Shown here piece after piece: positions 10,030 to 20,832 of a stretch of 36,031 bases of DNA (position 1 is the first letter of the stretch; each line of letters opens with the position of its first letter). The DNA lies in the NCBI GenBank assembly GCA_040755575.1, contig JBFMAS010000321.1:1-36031 (forward strand), in the 5' to 3' direction. The DNA is from Thermodesulfobacteriota bacterium. Lineage in GTDB: Bacteria; Desulfobacterota; Binatia; UBA12015. Under the pieces are notes generated by a model. The model had not been told where the DNA came from, made no database searches, and was given only the letters and a program-made list of their open reading frames with translations. Both the position numbers and the translations under genes were made by a program.

Positions 10030-10695
10030 CTATGCGCTCGGCAGGATCGTGATCGCGACCGCGCCGTAGTGCGCCGTCGCGGCCAACACGACGAGCGCGT
10101 GAAAGACCTCGTGGTAGCCGAACGATGCCGGGATCGGGTCCGGACGCCGCAACGCGTAGACGACGGCACCGATCGAGTAGAGGACGCCCCCGACGAGCAG
10201 GAGCGCTGCCACCGTCCAGCCGGTGTGCGCGACCACCTGCGGCATCGCGGCGAGCCCGATCCAGCCGAGCGCAACGTAGAGGGCGGCGCTGATCCGCTTG
10301 GGCGCGTCCAACCAGAATACGTGCAGCACGATGATCGCCAGCGCGCCGGCCCACACCGCCGCCAGAAGGACCGTGGCGAGCGGATCGGGGATCGCAACCA
10401 TTGCGAAAGGCGTGAAGGTCCCGGCGATCAGGACGGCGATCATCGAGTGATCGAGCCGTCCCATCCAGCGGCGGGCGCGCACCGACCACGTCACGCGGTG
10501 GTACAGCGCGCTCGTCGCGAGAAGGGCCGACAGGCTCGCACAGTAGATGGCCGCGGCGAGAAAGGTCCGCCGGCTCGGTGCCAGCGCCAGGAGGACGGTG
10601 CCGGTCAGCAACGACACGAGGGCGGCGTAGTGGTGCGACACGCCTCGGAGCCGCGGTCTCTTCGTCGGGAGGGTTTCGTCGGTCGCGTCATTCAT
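10030..10695 (-). CDS. Hemolysin III / PAQR family membrane protein (TrhA-like)
   Basis: RPRLRGVSH, SALYHR, RLDHSMIAVLIAGTFTP, YVALGW, GGVLYSIGA, FGYHEVFHALV; about 7 TM segments. Confidence 0.92.
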   Translation of the reverse strand: MNDATDETLPTKRPRLRGVSHHYAALVSLLTGTVLLALAPSRRTFLAAAIYCASLSALLATSALYHRVTWSVRARRWMGRLDHSMIAVLIAGTFTPFAMVAIPDPLATVLLAAVWAGALAIIVLHVFWLDAPKRISAALYVALGWIGLAAMPQVVAHTGWTVAALLLVGGVLYSIGAVVYALRRPDPIPASFGYHEVFHALVVLAATAHYGAVAITILPSA

Positions 10696-10796
10696 CTCGC
10701 AGCACCACTAGCACGAAGCTCGACGTCGCGTTCGTTCGGTCCGTCGCCGCTCGCTCCCGGCAAAATTCCCGGCGCATGGCGAGCTGGTCGCCGTGC

Positions 10797-10967
10797 TGCT
10801 AACGTCCGAGGCGGTTGGTTCGCCGACCGAGCCTCTGCCCGGGCGGCCCCAGGCCGCTCGAGTCCATCTCGATCGCCCTCCTTCCCATTTGGGTCGATTG
10901 ATCGGCCCCTTTCGCAATGACCCGGAAAGCCAGAGCGGGTCCAATACCTTCAGGACAGGAGTTCGCG
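10797..10967 (+). promoter_or_regulatory. Putative extended -10 promoter and long structured 5' leader of the RRM gene
   Basis: TGcTAACGT at 10797-10805; stem-loops at 10808-10835, 10840-10860, 10891-10908 and 10919-10941; SD AGGAG at 10957-10961. Confidence 0.45.
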
Positions 10968-11261
10968 ATGGGAACGAAAATCTACGTCGGCAACCTCAGC
11001 TATGCGGTCGACAATGCCGCCCTCGAGCGGTTGTTTGCGGGGCACGGCACGGTGCACAGCGCATCCGTGATCATGGATCGCTCAACCGGTCAGAGCAAAG
11101 GCTTCGGCTTCGTCGAGATGGGGAGCAACTCGGAGGCGCAAGCGGCGATCCAGGCGCTCAATGGCAAGGAGCACGACGGCCGCGCGTTGACCGTCAATCA
11201 GGCGAAGCCTCGCGAGGATCGCTCGGGCGGTGGTCGCAGCGGAGGCTGGAACCGACTCTGA
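10968..11261 (+). CDS. RRM-domain RNA-binding protein (Rbp family) with Gly-rich tail
   Basis: RNP2 IYVGNL and RNP1 KGFGFVEM; GRALTVNQAKPRE; AGGAG SD. Confidence 0.95.
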   Translation: MGTKIYVGNLSYAVDNAALERLFAGHGTVHSASVIMDRSTGQSKGFGFVEMGSNSEAQAAIQALNGKEHDGRALTVNQAKPREDRSGGGRSGGWNRL

Positions 11262-11427
11262 GCTCGGCCAGGACGCGCGGCGGCCGGGGCGCAGACGCCA
11301 CGGCTGGCATCGCACCTCGCAGGCAGCCACGCGGGCGCTGCGATGCGAACGGATGGTTCCGCGGACAGCCTTGCGGCTGCGGGGGGTCGGGTCTAGCGTG
11401 AAGGCAACGTCCTCGAAGGGAGGTGCC

Positions 11428-11703
11428 ATGCTGCAAGTCACCGAAGAGGCGACGGCCGTTCTGAAGGAAGTGCGCAGCCAGAGCGGAGTGCCCCCCGATG
11501 CGGGCCTGCGCGTCCGCGCCGAAGAGAGGGCCGATCGCATCGTGATGCAAGTCAACTTCCAGCAGGATCCGGAGCCGACCGATACGACCATCGAGACCCC
11601 GGACCTGCGCGTGTTCGTCGCAAAGGAGCTCGTCGAGCCCCTTTCCGACCGCGTGCTCGACGTGAGGCTGACGGACGAGGGGCCGCAGCTCATGCTGCGC
11701 TGA
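11428..11703 (+). CDS. Small HesB/IscA-like domain protein lacking the Fe-S cysteines
   Basis: MLQVTEEA...GLRV...P.P.D...VFV...L.DRVLDV pattern; GGAGG SD; no Cys in the sequence. Confidence 0.7.
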   Translation: MLQVTEEATAVLKEVRSQSGVPPDAGLRVRAEERADRIVMQVNFQQDPEPTDTTIETPDLRVFVAKELVEPLSDRVLDVRLTDEGPQLMLR

Positions 11704-11838
11704 CCGCGGCGCCGAGCCGCAGCCGCCCAGGCACGTCGAGCATCGACGAGCGTGCATGGGTCACGGTACGGCCGTGGCCCGTGCGCCATCCGCCGCGCAT
11801 GGAAGGCGGCGCGAGCGCCGGACGGCCCTAACCGCACC

Positions 11839-14811
11839 TCACGGCAGCAGCTCGAGCTGCACCGTGCCCGCCTGCGTGAGCGCCTGCGGTCCCGGGAAGT
11901 CGGACAGGCTGTCGACCAGCGCGTTGCCGGTGGCCGCGACGCACTGCAGGTCGAGCAGCGACGCCGGGTGCGGCTCGCCGTCGCGCAGGTCGACCTTCGG
12001 GAACCCCTCGAGCTCGATCCGCCGCACCGCGGGGTCGCCGAAGGCGCCGGGCGTGCGCTGGCTCGGGCAGAAGAGCCCGGTCGAGGAGCTCATCGAGTCG
12101 GCGTCGTTCGTCAAGACCATGGTGCGCGGACCGAACGAGACGAAGAACGTGCCGAACGCCGGCGGGCAGTCGAGGCTGGTCTCGTCGAGCGAGGTGCTCG
12201 GGGTGCACGGCAGGCCGTGGCGCGGGCCGCCGACGCACTGGCTCGACACGCAGCGCGGGCAGCCGTCGAAGGTCAGGTAGACCAGCGTGCGCGACGGCGA
12301 CAGGATCGCCAGGTCGCCGCTGGCCGGATTGACGGTGGCCGACGAGTCGTCCGCGAGCGGCGTCAGCAGGCAGACGTCGGCGATGCCCGAGCGGAACACC
12401 TGTGGCGGGCCGGCGAAGCAGCGCGGGGCGGCGACGCAGCTCCCCGCCGGTCCGGCGCACTCGGCGTCGCTCGTGCAGCGCCGCGTCGGCGCGTTGAGGC
12501 AGATCTTGAAGTCGGCAGGCCCGAGCGTGCACTCGCGCCCGGCGCTCACCGGAGCGGACGCGAGCTGCAGCTCCTCGCCCTCGCACGTCGCGGCCTCGAG
12601 CACGTAGGTCGCACCCGCCGGCGCCTGGGCCGCCGGATAGAAGGTGTTGGCGCCGCCGCCGAAGTAGATGCAGCCGGCGGACAGCTTGTGCAGCTCCGCG
12701 CCGCCGCTCGCCGCATCGTAGACCGCGCCGAGGAACGGCGGCTCGGGCGGCGGGACGAAGGCCTCGCCGCCGCAGAAGGACGCGCCGGTGTAGCCGCGCT
12801 CGCTGGTCACGAACGTCATCCGCGCGCACGGCTCGACCGTGCTCGGCACGCACAGGTGACGCGGGCGGCGGACGCGCAGCTCCTCCGCACCCAGCACGCC
12901 GACCAGCGAGAGCTCGTGTCGCGCGAGCGGCGCTCCGCTCGCGTCGCGGATCTCGTAGCAGGTGAGGTGCCGGTCGGTGTCCTTGACCGCCTGGCCGTCG
13001 CGCGTCGCCGGGTTGCAGACGGCGTACGGTCTGAGGATACGCGTCGCGCGCGTCTCGAACCGATCGAGCAGCTCGACGACACGATCGGCGCTCGAGCCGC
13101 CGCGCACGCGATAGCAGGCCATCTCGTCGACCCCGGTCGGCGCCGTGGCGTCCGCCGCGAACGACGGCGCGCAGTACGAGAGCGGCCGCAGGACGCGCAG
13201 GGTCGCCGCGCCGAAGCGGTCGCGCATCGTGACCGACCGTGGCGCGAACGGCGCGCCGCGCGCCGAGCGCAGCTTGCTGCAGGTGAGATACGTGTCCGCC
13301 TCGAAGAGCGGCGCGCCGTCGGTCGCGGCGCTGCAGGCGTGGACCACGCGCGAGAGCACCATCGCGCTCGGTCCGAACTCGTCGCTCACCGTCACCCGGT
13401 CGAGCCGTTTCTTGCCGCCGGTCGCGACCCAGCACTTGTACTGATCGGCGCGGCACGCGGGGATCGACGCGCCCGAGCACACGCCGAGCGCGCACGCATC
13501 GCCCGTCGTGCACGCATCGCCGTCGTCGCAGGCCGCACCGTGCTCGCGCAGCGCCACCACGCAGCCGCGCGACGGATCGCAGCTCGACGTGCTGCAGGAA
13601 TCTCCGGACGACGGGCACACGACGGGCGTCCCGCCGCACGCCCCCGCGGTGCACCGATCGTCCCCGGTGCAGAGGCTGCCGTCGGAGCAGGCCGAACCGT
13701 CGGGTAGCGGCGAGGTGCTGCACTCGCCGGTCACCGGGTCGGCGCACGCGCGCGCACACGGTCCGGCGAACGGGCAGGCGTCGATGCAGTCGTCGCACGC
13801 GTCGCCGGCGCCGTCGCCGTCCCGATCGGCCTGGTCGGGGTTCGCCACCGAGGGACAGTTGTCGCAGGCGTCGCCGAGCAGGTCGCCGTCCGGATCGTCC
13901 TGCTGCGGGTTGTGCGAGAAGGGGCAGTTGTCGCAGCCGAGCGGGCACGCGGTCGGCTCGCTGCAGCGGCCGTCGCCGTCCTGGTCCTCGGCGATGGCGT
14001 CGGCCGGGCACGGGTCGCAGGCATCGCCCATCCGGTCGCCGTCCCGATCGTCCTGCTGCGGATTGGCGACGCCCGGGCAGTCGTCGCACGCGTCGACCAC
14101 GGCATCGCCGTCGGCGTCGTCGCCGCTCTCGCAGAGGCGGCTCACCCAGCGGATCTCGTTGAGCAGCAGGTTGTACTGGTTGCCGTGCGCTCCGAAGCCG
14201 TCGCGCTCGGCGTGGAAGTCCTGGTCCGGGCCGGTGAGCACGATCCGCCCGCCGCCCGGCAGCTCACCGTACAGGCCGAGCACGTCGGCGCCCTGGACGA
14301 GGAACGGCGCGAGCGCCCCGTCCCACGCCGTGAAGCGGATGTGGAAGTTCACGAAGCCGCCCGGGTCGCCGCGGATTCCGGTGGTCAGCCCGGCCACGCC
14401 CGCGGACAGGGCGACGGCGCAGCAGCCGTCGAGCTCGACCCCGAGCACGCCGGGTGCGAGGTCGGCGACGTTGCCGGGGTCCTCGAAGATCACGCCCCCG
14501 CCGAGCTCGAGGTAGGGAAGGATGCGGCTCGTCCAGCCGGCGTCGACCGCAGGATCCGATGACCACGAGAAGAGGATCACGTCGTACGCCTGGCGCAGCT
14601 CGGAGGGCGACAGGGCGTTGAAGGTCGCCGCGTCGATGCGCTCGATCGAGCCCGCGACGTCGCCCGAGGCGAAGACCTGGTCCGCCGCGCCCTGGCTGGC
14701 ATCGACCACCGCCATGCGCAGCGGCGCCGCCGGCGCGCCCGACGCAGGCGATGCGGCGGCGACGGCGAGGACCAGGGTGACCAGCCAGCCACGCAGCGGG
14801 ACGCTCGTCAT
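11839..14811 (-). CDS. Secreted Cys-rich protein with thrombospondin type-3 Ca-binding repeats and CxDGxxCT repeats
   Basis: GAGGAGG SD before ATG 14811; signal peptide; [29 protein letters not shown] repeats; [13 protein letters not shown] and [13 protein letters not shown] modules. Confidence 0.85.
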   Translation of the reverse strand: MTSVPLRGWLVTLVLAVAAASPASGAPAAPLRMAVVDASQGAADQVFASGDVAGSIERIDAATFNALSPSELRQAYDVILFSWSSDPAVDAGWTSRILPYLELGGGVIFEDPGNVADLAPGVLGVELDGCCAVALSAGVAGLTTGIRGDPGGFVNFHIRFTAWDGALAPFLVQGADVLGLYGELPGGGRIVLTGPDQDFHAERDGFGAHGNQYNLLLNEIRWVSRLCESGDDADGDAVVDACDDCPGVANPQQDDRDGDRMGDACDPCPADAIAEDQDGDGRCSEPTACPLGCDNCPFSHNPQQDDPDGDLLGDACDNCPSVANPDQADRDGDGAGDACDDCIDACPFAGPCARACADPVTGECSTSPLPDGSACSDGSLCTGDDRCTAGACGGTPVVCPSSGDSCSTSSCDPSRGCVVALREHGAACDDGDACTTGDACALGVCSGASIPACRADQYKCWVATGGKKRLDRVTVSDEFGPSAMVLSRVVHACSAATDGAPLFEADTYLTCSKLRSARGAPFAPRSVTMRDRFGAATLRVLRPLSYCAPSFAADATAPTGVDEMACYRVRGGSSADRVVELLDRFETRATRILRPYAVCNPATRDGQAVKDTDRHLTCYEIRDASGAPLARHELSLVGVLGAEELRVRRPRHLCVPSTVEPCARMTFVTSERGYTGASFCGGEAFVPPPEPPFLGAVYDAASGGAELHKLSAGCIYFGGGANTFYPAAQAPAGATYVLEAATCEGEELQLASAPVSAGRECTLGPADFKICLNAPTRRCTSDAECAGPAGSCVAAPRCFAGPPQVFRSGIADVCLLTPLADDSSATVNPASGDLAILSPSRTLVYLTFDGCPRCVSSQCVGGPRHGLPCTPSTSLDETSLDCPPAFGTFFVSFGPRTMVLTNDADSMSSSTGLFCPSQRTPGAFGDPAVRRIELEGFPKVDLRDGEPHPASLLDLQCVAATGNALVDSLSDFPGPQALTQAGTVQLELLP

Positions 14812-15115
14812 GCGGCACCTCCTCGTCGGTGAACCGAGCGCCGGACTGTCGCGCGGACGTCGCCGGCTCGTCAAGTCCAAGTTGTGGCGATTCCGTGGCT
14901 GCAGGGCGCGCAGCCGGCGCTGGCCCCTCCGCGACGTCGAGCATGGTGCCGGCGGAGACGTAGCGGGGCGCGCGGGCGGCCTCGCGGCGCAAGGCGTGCG
15001 CCTGCTCCTGGAGCTCGCCCCGGGGCCCGAGGCGTCGCAATGAGGTGACCGCTTTTTTTCGTCTCCTGCCAATGCTGGCCGAAAAGGGCGCGAGCGTCTC
15101 GCCCCGGAGGTGACG

Positions 15116-18100
15116 ATGCGGACTGCGATCGAGGTCGACGAGCGTTCCGACGGACCGCCGGCTCACGGTTGCGGGGATCGCCCTCGCCGTCAGGTCGGCG
15201 GGGGCACGAACCGCCGCGCCGGCTCCCTGCGGGCTCGAGCGCTGCGACCGGTGCCGGTCGACGCGGCCCGCGAGGTCGGAGCAGCCGAGCCCGGGCCAGG
15301 GCGTCCGCGTCCCGACCTTCTCCGCGGGCCGCTGCCCGCCGTCCCGCTGATCGGGCGGTCGCGCGAGCTGGCGGATCTCCGCGCCAGCCTCGAGGCCACG
15401 CTCGCGGACGGGGGTCGCATCGTGCTGCTCGGCGGCGAGCCGGGCATCGGCAAGACCCGCCTGGCGCGCACGCTCGCCGACCAGGCCGAGGCGCGCGGCG
15501 TGCCGGTCTGGTGGGGACGCGGCTTCGAGGACGGCTCCGCGCCGGCGTTCTGGCCCTGGAGCACCGCGCTCCGCCGGTGGATCGATCGGGCCGGACGGGA
15601 AGCCGTCACGGCCGCGGCCGGTCCCTGGAGCACGGAGCTGGCGCACGTGTTCCCGGCGCTGTGCGAGCGCAGCCCCGACGCCGCGGCGAGCGAGAGCACG
15701 GTGTCGGACGGCGCGCGCTTCCGTCTCTTCGACCTGGTCGGCCGCTTCCTCGCGGAGGTGGCGAGGCCGGCGGGGCTGGTCGTCGTCCTCGACGACGTGC
15801 ACTGGGCCGACCTGCCTTCTCTCAAGCTGCTCGAGTTCATCGCGGCCGACCTGATCGACACCCGCATCCTGATCGTCTTGACGTACCGCGACACCGAGGT
15901 GGAGCGCAGCGATCCCTTCCTCGACACGCTGTCGCGGCTCGCCCGCAAGCCCGCGACCCGCCGGCTCCACCTCGCGGGCCTGTCGCCCGAGCACTGTGCG
16001 CGCTGGATCGCCTCGACCGGAGCGTCCGGCGACGTGACGGCGCTCGGCGAGGCGCTCCACCGCGAGACCAACGGCAACCCGTTCTTCGTCGGCGAGATCG
16101 TCCAGCTCCTCGGCGGCGACGCAAGGCGCGGAGCCGGCCGGGAGGCGCAGCGGGTGCCGCACGGGGTGCGCGAGGTCATCGCCCGGCGCCTCGAGCGGCT
16201 CGGCGACGGCTGCCGGGCGACGCTCGCGCTCGCGGCGCTCCTGGGCGACGCCTTCGACGCGCGGACGCTGGGCGAGGTCCTCGGCACGGCGCCTCCGGCC
16301 GAGCAGCTCGAGCGCGCCGTGCGCGATCGCATCCTGCTCGAGCAGGAAGGCCGCCGGGGGTGCTACTCCTTCGCGCACGCGCTGATCCGTCGCGTCCTGG
16401 TCGACGAGCTGTCGGCGACCGAGCGCAGCTCCTGGCACGCGCGCATCGCGAGCGTCCTCGAGAGCCGAGCGGGAGCGAGCGCCGTGGCGACGACCGAGCT
16501 CGTCCGCCATTTGACGGCCGCCGGCACGCCGGAAGCGCTGCGCAAGGCCGTCGAGCACGCATGCCGGGCGGGCGAGCACGCCGCGCGCAGCCTCGGCTGG
16601 GAGGAGGCGGTCCGGCTCTACGAGATCGCGCTCGACGTGGCAGCGCGCTCCGGCCTGCTCGGCGCCGCGCGCGCCGCCGAGATCGAGCTCGCGCTCGCCC
16701 GCGCGCTGCGCGCCGTGGGCGACGTCCCGGCGGCACGCGCGCGCTGCGAGAACGTGATGACGTCCTCACGCCGGACCGGAGACCAGCACGCGTTCGCGCG
16801 GGCGGCCCTCGTCTACGCCGGGCCGATCCCGGAGTGGGGGCGCGTCGAGCCGGCCGTGCGTGCCGTCCTGGAGGAGGCCTGTCGCGCGGGCACGGCGCTC
16901 GACGACGCGCTGCGGGCGCGCCTCTGCGCCCGGCTCGCAGGCGACCTGATCGCGGCCAACGAGCTCGCGCAGGGCGCCCGCGTCTTCGCGCTGTGCGACG
17001 AGGCGGCCGCCGCCGCCCGGCGCGCCGACGCCGCCGGCCCGCTCGCGATCGCCCTCATCACCTCGTCGTACGCCGACGCGATGGGCATGCGGCAGGGCGC
17101 AGCCGTCGTGGCCGTGCCGAGCTCGCTCGAGATCCTGGAGGCGGCCGAGGCCGCAGGGGAGCACGAGTACGCCGCCGCGATCCGGCATGCGCGCGCCATG
17201 CGGCTCCTCGCGATGGGCAAGCCCGAGCACTTCTCGGCCGAGGTCGATGCGCTCGCCACGGAGGCCGCGTCGTCGCGCGTGCCGGAAGCCCTCTGGCTGG
17301 CCGACGCGCTGCAGGCACTCCGCGCCTGCCTGCAGGGACGCTTCGCCGAAGCGCACGAAGCGATCGAGCGCGCCGCCGTGACGGGCCGTCGCGCGCAGCT
17401 GCCGAACACGGACGCGGTGTACGCGACCCAGCGCATCATGTGGCACGCCCTCCAGGGACGGCTCGAGGAGGTCGCACCCGAGATCGAGTCCTTCGTCGAC
17501 GCGCATCCGGGCGGCGCCGCGTGGCGCCCGTTCCGCGCGCTCGCTCGCCTCGCCCGCGGCGACGCCGTCGCGGCCCGGGCCGAGCTTCAGGACCTGCTCG
17601 CGCGCGGGCTCGCCGCCGGCGAGCGTGGCGTGATGGCGCGTGCCTATCTCGCGGGGCTCGCCGCGCTGTGCGTCGCGCTGCGCGACCGCGAGCACGCGCC
17701 GCTGCTCTACGAGTGCGTGGCGCGTCGTCCGTTCCCGTGGAGCGTCGACGGCTGCCAGACCGTCGGACCCTGGGCGCTGCTGCTCGGCGGACTCGCGCGC
17801 CTGTGCGGTCGCCCGGACGACGCGGCGGAGCACTTCGAGACCGCGATCCGGCTCGGCAGGCGCGCAGGCTCGCCGCCGATCGTCGCGCGAGCGCAGAGCC
17901 TGCTCGCGAGCCTCCGTCTGTCGCTGCCCGGCGCGGCCGACGAGCGCGGCCGCATCGCGGAGATGCTCGCGGAGGCGGCACAGTGCGCCAGGGACCTCGG
18001 TCTGCGCGACGTCGCGGCGCGCGTCTCCCGTCTCGAGGCGCGCCTCGAGGCGAAGCGCGTCGAGCCGACGGCCAACGCGTTTCGCTGCGAGGGCGACGTC

Positions 18101-18655
18101 TGGCACGTGCGCTTCGGCGACCGCGAGCTCCGGATCCGCGACGGCAAGGGCCCGCGCTACCTCGCGGCCCTGCTCGCCGCGCCCGGGCGCGACTTCCACG
18201 TCCTCGAGCTGGCGGGCGGTGCGCCGCCGGCCGCGACGGCGACCGCCACCGCGGCGCCTGAGGGCCTCACCATCGGCTCGGCGGGCGCCGCGCTGGAAGA
18301 CGCGCCCGACGCGCACGCCCGGCGCGAGTATCGCGCGCGCCTCGAAGAGCTCCGCGAAGAGCTCGAGGACGCCGAGCAGCGCTGCGACATCGGGCGCGCG
18401 GACCGCATCCGCACGGAGCTCGACTTCCTCGTCTCCCAGCTCGCGCAGAGCTTCGCCGGACGCTCGCGCACGCGCGGCCCCGCCGAGACCGCGCGCAAGG
18501 CCGTGACCAAGGTGGTGCGCACGCACATCGGCAAGCTGCTCGACGCGCACGCGGCGCTCGGCGAGCACCTGCGCGAGTGCGTGCGCATGGGCACGTTCTG
18601 CGCGTACGCGCCGCGGACGGCGGTGCAGTGGGAGGTGGCGTTCCCGGTGCGGTAG
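15116..18655 (+). CDS. STAND/AAA_16-type ATPase transcriptional regulator with TPR-like helical region and C-terminal DNA-binding-like domain
   Basis: LIGRSREL, Walker A GEPGIGKT, Walker [31 protein letters not shown]; C-terminal FRCEGDVW...[10 protein letters not shown]...AETARKAVT...MGTFCAY; GGAGGTG SD before ATG 15116. Confidence 0.85.
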   Translation: MRTAIEVDERSDGPPAHGCGDRPRRQVGGGTNRRAGSLRARALRPVPVDAAREVGAAEPGPGRPRPDLLRGPLPAVPLIGRSRELADLRASLEATLADGGRIVLLGGEPGIGKTRLARTLADQAEARGVPVWWGRGFEDGSAPAFWPWSTALRRWIDRAGREAVTAAAGPWSTELAHVFPALCERSPDAAASESTVSDGARFRLFDLVGRFLAEVARPAGLVVVLDDVHWADLPSLKLLEFIAADLIDTRILIVLTYRDTEVERSDPFLDTLSRLARKPATRRLHLAGLSPEHCARWIASTGASGDVTALGEALHRETNGNPFFVGEIVQLLGGDARRGAGREAQRVPHGVREVIARRLERLGDGCRATLALAALLGDAFDARTLGEVLGTAPPAEQLERAVRDRILLEQEGRRGCYSFAHALIRRVLVDELSATERSSWHARIASVLESRAGASAVATTELVRHLTAAGTPEALRKAVEHACRAGEHAARSLGWEEAVRLYEIALDVAARSGLLGAARAAEIELALARALRAVGDVPAARARCENVMTSSRRTGDQHAFARAALVYAGPIPEWGRVEPAVRAVLEEACRAGTALDDALRARLCARLAGDLIAANELAQGARVFALCDEAAAAARRADAAGPLAIALITSSYADAMGMRQGAAVVAVPSSLEILEAAEAAGEHEYAAAIRHARAMRLLAMGKPEHFSAEVDALATEAASSRVPEALWLADALQALRACLQGRFAEAHEAIERAAVTGRRAQLPNTDAVYATQRIMWHALQGRLEEVAPEIESFVDAHPGGAAWRPFRALARLARGDAVAARAELQDLLARGLAAGERGVMARAYLAGLAALCVALRDREHAPLLYECVARRPFPWSVDGCQTVGPWALLLGGLARLCGRPDDAAEHFETAIRLGRRAGSPPIVARAQSLLASLRLSLPGAADERGRIAEMLAEAAQCARDLGLRDVAARVSRLEARLEAKRVEPTANAFRCEGDVWHVRFGDRELRIRDGKGPRYLAALLAAPGRDFHVLELAGGAPPAATATATAAPEGLTIGSAGAALEDAPDAHARREYRARLEELREELEDAEQRCDIGRADRIRTELDFLVSQLAQSFAGRSRTRGPAETARKAVTKVVRTHIGKLLDAHAALGEHLRECVRMGTFCAYAPRTAVQWEVAFPVR

Positions 18656-18725
18656 GTGCGTTGCTGCCCATGCTGCTGCCGCCGCTGCGCCGCCTGGTGT
18701 CGCCCGTCGGGCCGGGCGGCGCGGC

Positions 18726-19493
18726 TCAGCGACCGTCGTCGAACGCGCGCCAGCGACCGCCCGCCCAGCCGATCCGCTCGAAGCGCCGGTCGCGATAGCG
18801 CAGCATGCGGTCGGCCGTGCCGAGGTGTCCCGGCGACACCCACGACCCGGTTCGCCAGGTCTCGACGCGGCCGACGGCTCCCCGTCCCGGGCCGTAGTGG
18901 ATGTGCCCGTGCAGCAGCACGTCGACGTCGCCCGCGAGGGCGTCGAGCCGGCGCGGCAGCTGACGGCGGCCGAGCGCACACTCGACGAAGCCGGCCGCCG
19001 AGACGAGCCAGCCCGGTCCGAGCCGGTACAGCGCCTGGAGCGCCGGCCGGCGGGCGTAGACGGCGTTCTCGATCGCCAGCACGCGCCGCCCGAGGCGGTC
19101 GTACCTCTCCCAGGTCGACGCGCCCGGCGCGAAGCGGTGCCCGTGCAGCGCGCGAACGCGGTGGCCCGCGTCGGTCTCGAAGTCGAGCTGCCAGCGGTCC
19201 GGTCGCAGCGGAAACGCCGCGTCCAGTGCTGCGTCGTGGTTGCCCTCGACGTAGACGACGTGCCGGCCCTCGCGGCGCCATCGCGCCACGAGCTCGACGA
19301 ACTCGTGCACCAGCTCGCGCGCAGCGGCTCCGGGCGCGCGCCGGTAGCCGTCGATCACGTCGCCGTTCAGCAGCACGAGCTCGGCGTCGTCCGCCGCGGC
19401 GTCGAGCCGTCCGAGCCAGCTCGCGTGATGCCGCGTGCACACCGTCCAGCCGAGGTGGACGTCGGAGAACACGAGCGCGCTGCGCACGGGCAT
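18726..19493 (-). CDS. Calcineurin-like metallophosphoesterase (LpxH-like)
   Basis: SDVHLG, LNGDVID, EGNHD, LHGH, HGHIH motifs. Confidence 0.85.
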   Translation of the reverse strand: MPVRSALVFSDVHLGWTVCTRHHASWLGRLDAAADDAELVLLNGDVIDGYRRAPGAAARELVHEFVELVARWRREGRHVVYVEGNHDAALDAAFPLRPDRWQLDFETDAGHRVRALHGHRFAPGASTWERYDRLGRRVLAIENAVYARRPALQALYRLGPGWLVSAAGFVECALGRRQLPRRLDALAGDVDVLLHGHIHYGPGRGAVGRVETWRTGSWVSPGHLGTADRMLRYRDRRFERIGWAGGRWRAFDDGR

Positions 19494-19581
19494 CGGCGAG
19501 CTCAGGACGTGTCTCCGGCGAGCGGCTCCGCGTGACGCCGCGCTCGGCACGAGAAGTCGGCCGACATCGCCAGCGCGCGCC

Positions 19582-20832
19582 TCATCGCCCCAGCATCGCG
19601 ATGCAGCGACGCATGCCGTCCTCGAACCTGCCGAGCGCCTCGTCGCAGTCGGCGGCGTCGATCAGGAGACCCGCCTTGAACTGCAGGACCGACGTGTCGA
19701 AGCCGGCGAACATCGCCCACAGCCCGGCGTCGTGGAGGGCGCGCGTCATCAGCTGGCCGCCGCGCTCGTGTGCGAAGCGCAGCCCCATCACGACACCCTG
19801 TCGCCGGATCTCGAGCAGCCAGTCGGGGTGCCTCGCGCGGAGCGTCTCGAGCCCGGCGGCGAGACGATCGGAGATCGCCTGCACGCCGTCGAGGACGCCG
19901 GCGCGGGTCGTGATCTCGAGCACCTTCTGCGCCACACGGCAGCCGACCTCGGCGCCGCCGAAGGTGGACACGTGGCCCCAGCCGTCCTGCTCGAGCCACT
20001 GCGCCGCGCGCGGCGTCAGCACCGTGGCCGACATCGGATACAGCCCGCCCGAGAGGCCCTTGCCGGTGACGAGCACGTCGGGGGCGACGCCGAAGCACTC
20101 GACGCCCCACATGCGTCCCGTCCGTCCGAGGCCCGTCTGCACCTCGTCGGCGACGTAGAGCGCGCCGAACCGCTCGCAGAGCGCCTTCACGCCGGAAAGG
20201 TAGCCGGGCGCCGGCAGCGGAAAGCCGTACGTGGCGGGGATGGTCTCGAGAACGACGGCGGCGACCGCATGTTGCCCGAGCGCCGCCTCCATCGCGTCGA
20301 GGTCGTTGAACGGCACCTGCACGAAGTCCTCGCGCGGGCCCTCGGACAGGAAGAGGCGCGAGAAGCGATCGTCGCCGGCCGCCAGCGCGAGCCCGGTGTG
20401 ACCGTGATAGCCCTTCTGGATGGAGACGATGGTGCGCCGCTGCGTGGCGTGGCGTGCCGACTTGATCGCGACGTCGATCGCCTCGCCGCCGCTCGGCGAG
20501 AACACCACGTAGCGGAGATCGCCCGGCATGGTGGCGACCAGCGCCTCCGCGAGCTCCGCGCGCGCGAGGCTCGGGAAGTGGTGGTTGCCGACGTCGAGCG
20601 TGTCGAGCGCGTCGCGCAGCGCGGCCACGATCTCGGGATTGCGATGTCCCAGGTTGAAGACGCCGCCGTTCAGGTGGAAGTCGAGCAGCTCGCGCCCGTC
20701 GAGATCCCGGAGCCGGTAGCCCTCGCGACGGCCGATCACCAGATCGATGCCGGTCGCGCCGAAGGTGCGCACGCGGTCCGGGCAGACGTGGCGTGCCGCG
20801 AGGTCGAGGGCACGTCGCTTCGCGTCGCTCAT
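19582..20832 (-). CDS. Class-III PLP-dependent aminotransferase
   Basis: NLGHRNP, SGGEAID, GYHGHT, ADEVQTGLGRTG, TGKGLSGG (PLP Lys), HVSTFGG; start overlaps the kinase stop. Confidence 0.92.
   Translation of the reverse strand: MSDAKRRALDLAARHVCPDRVRTFGATGIDLVIGRREGYRLRDLDGRELLDFHLNGGVFNLGHRNPEIVAALRDALDTLDVGNHHFPSLARAELAEALVATMPGDLRYVVFSPSGGEAIDVAIKSARHATQRRTIVSIQKGYHGHTGLALAAGDDRFSRLFLSEGPREDFVQVPFNDLDAMEAALGQHAVAAVVLETIPATYGFPLPAPGYLSGVKALCERFGALYVADEVQTGLGRTGRMWGVECFGVAPDVLVTGKGLSGGLYPMSATVLTPRAAQWLEQDGWGHVSTFGGAEVGCRVAQKVLEITTRAGVLDGVQAISDRLAAGLETLRARHPDWLLEIRRQGVVMGLRFAHERGGQLMTRALHDAGLWAMFAGFDTSVLQFKAGLLIDAADCDEALGRFEDGMRRCIAMLGR

Noticed and set aside
13780-14130. Periodic gtcgccgtc/gtcgca DNA repeats
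   Set aside because: Explained by TSP3 DxDGD protein repeats
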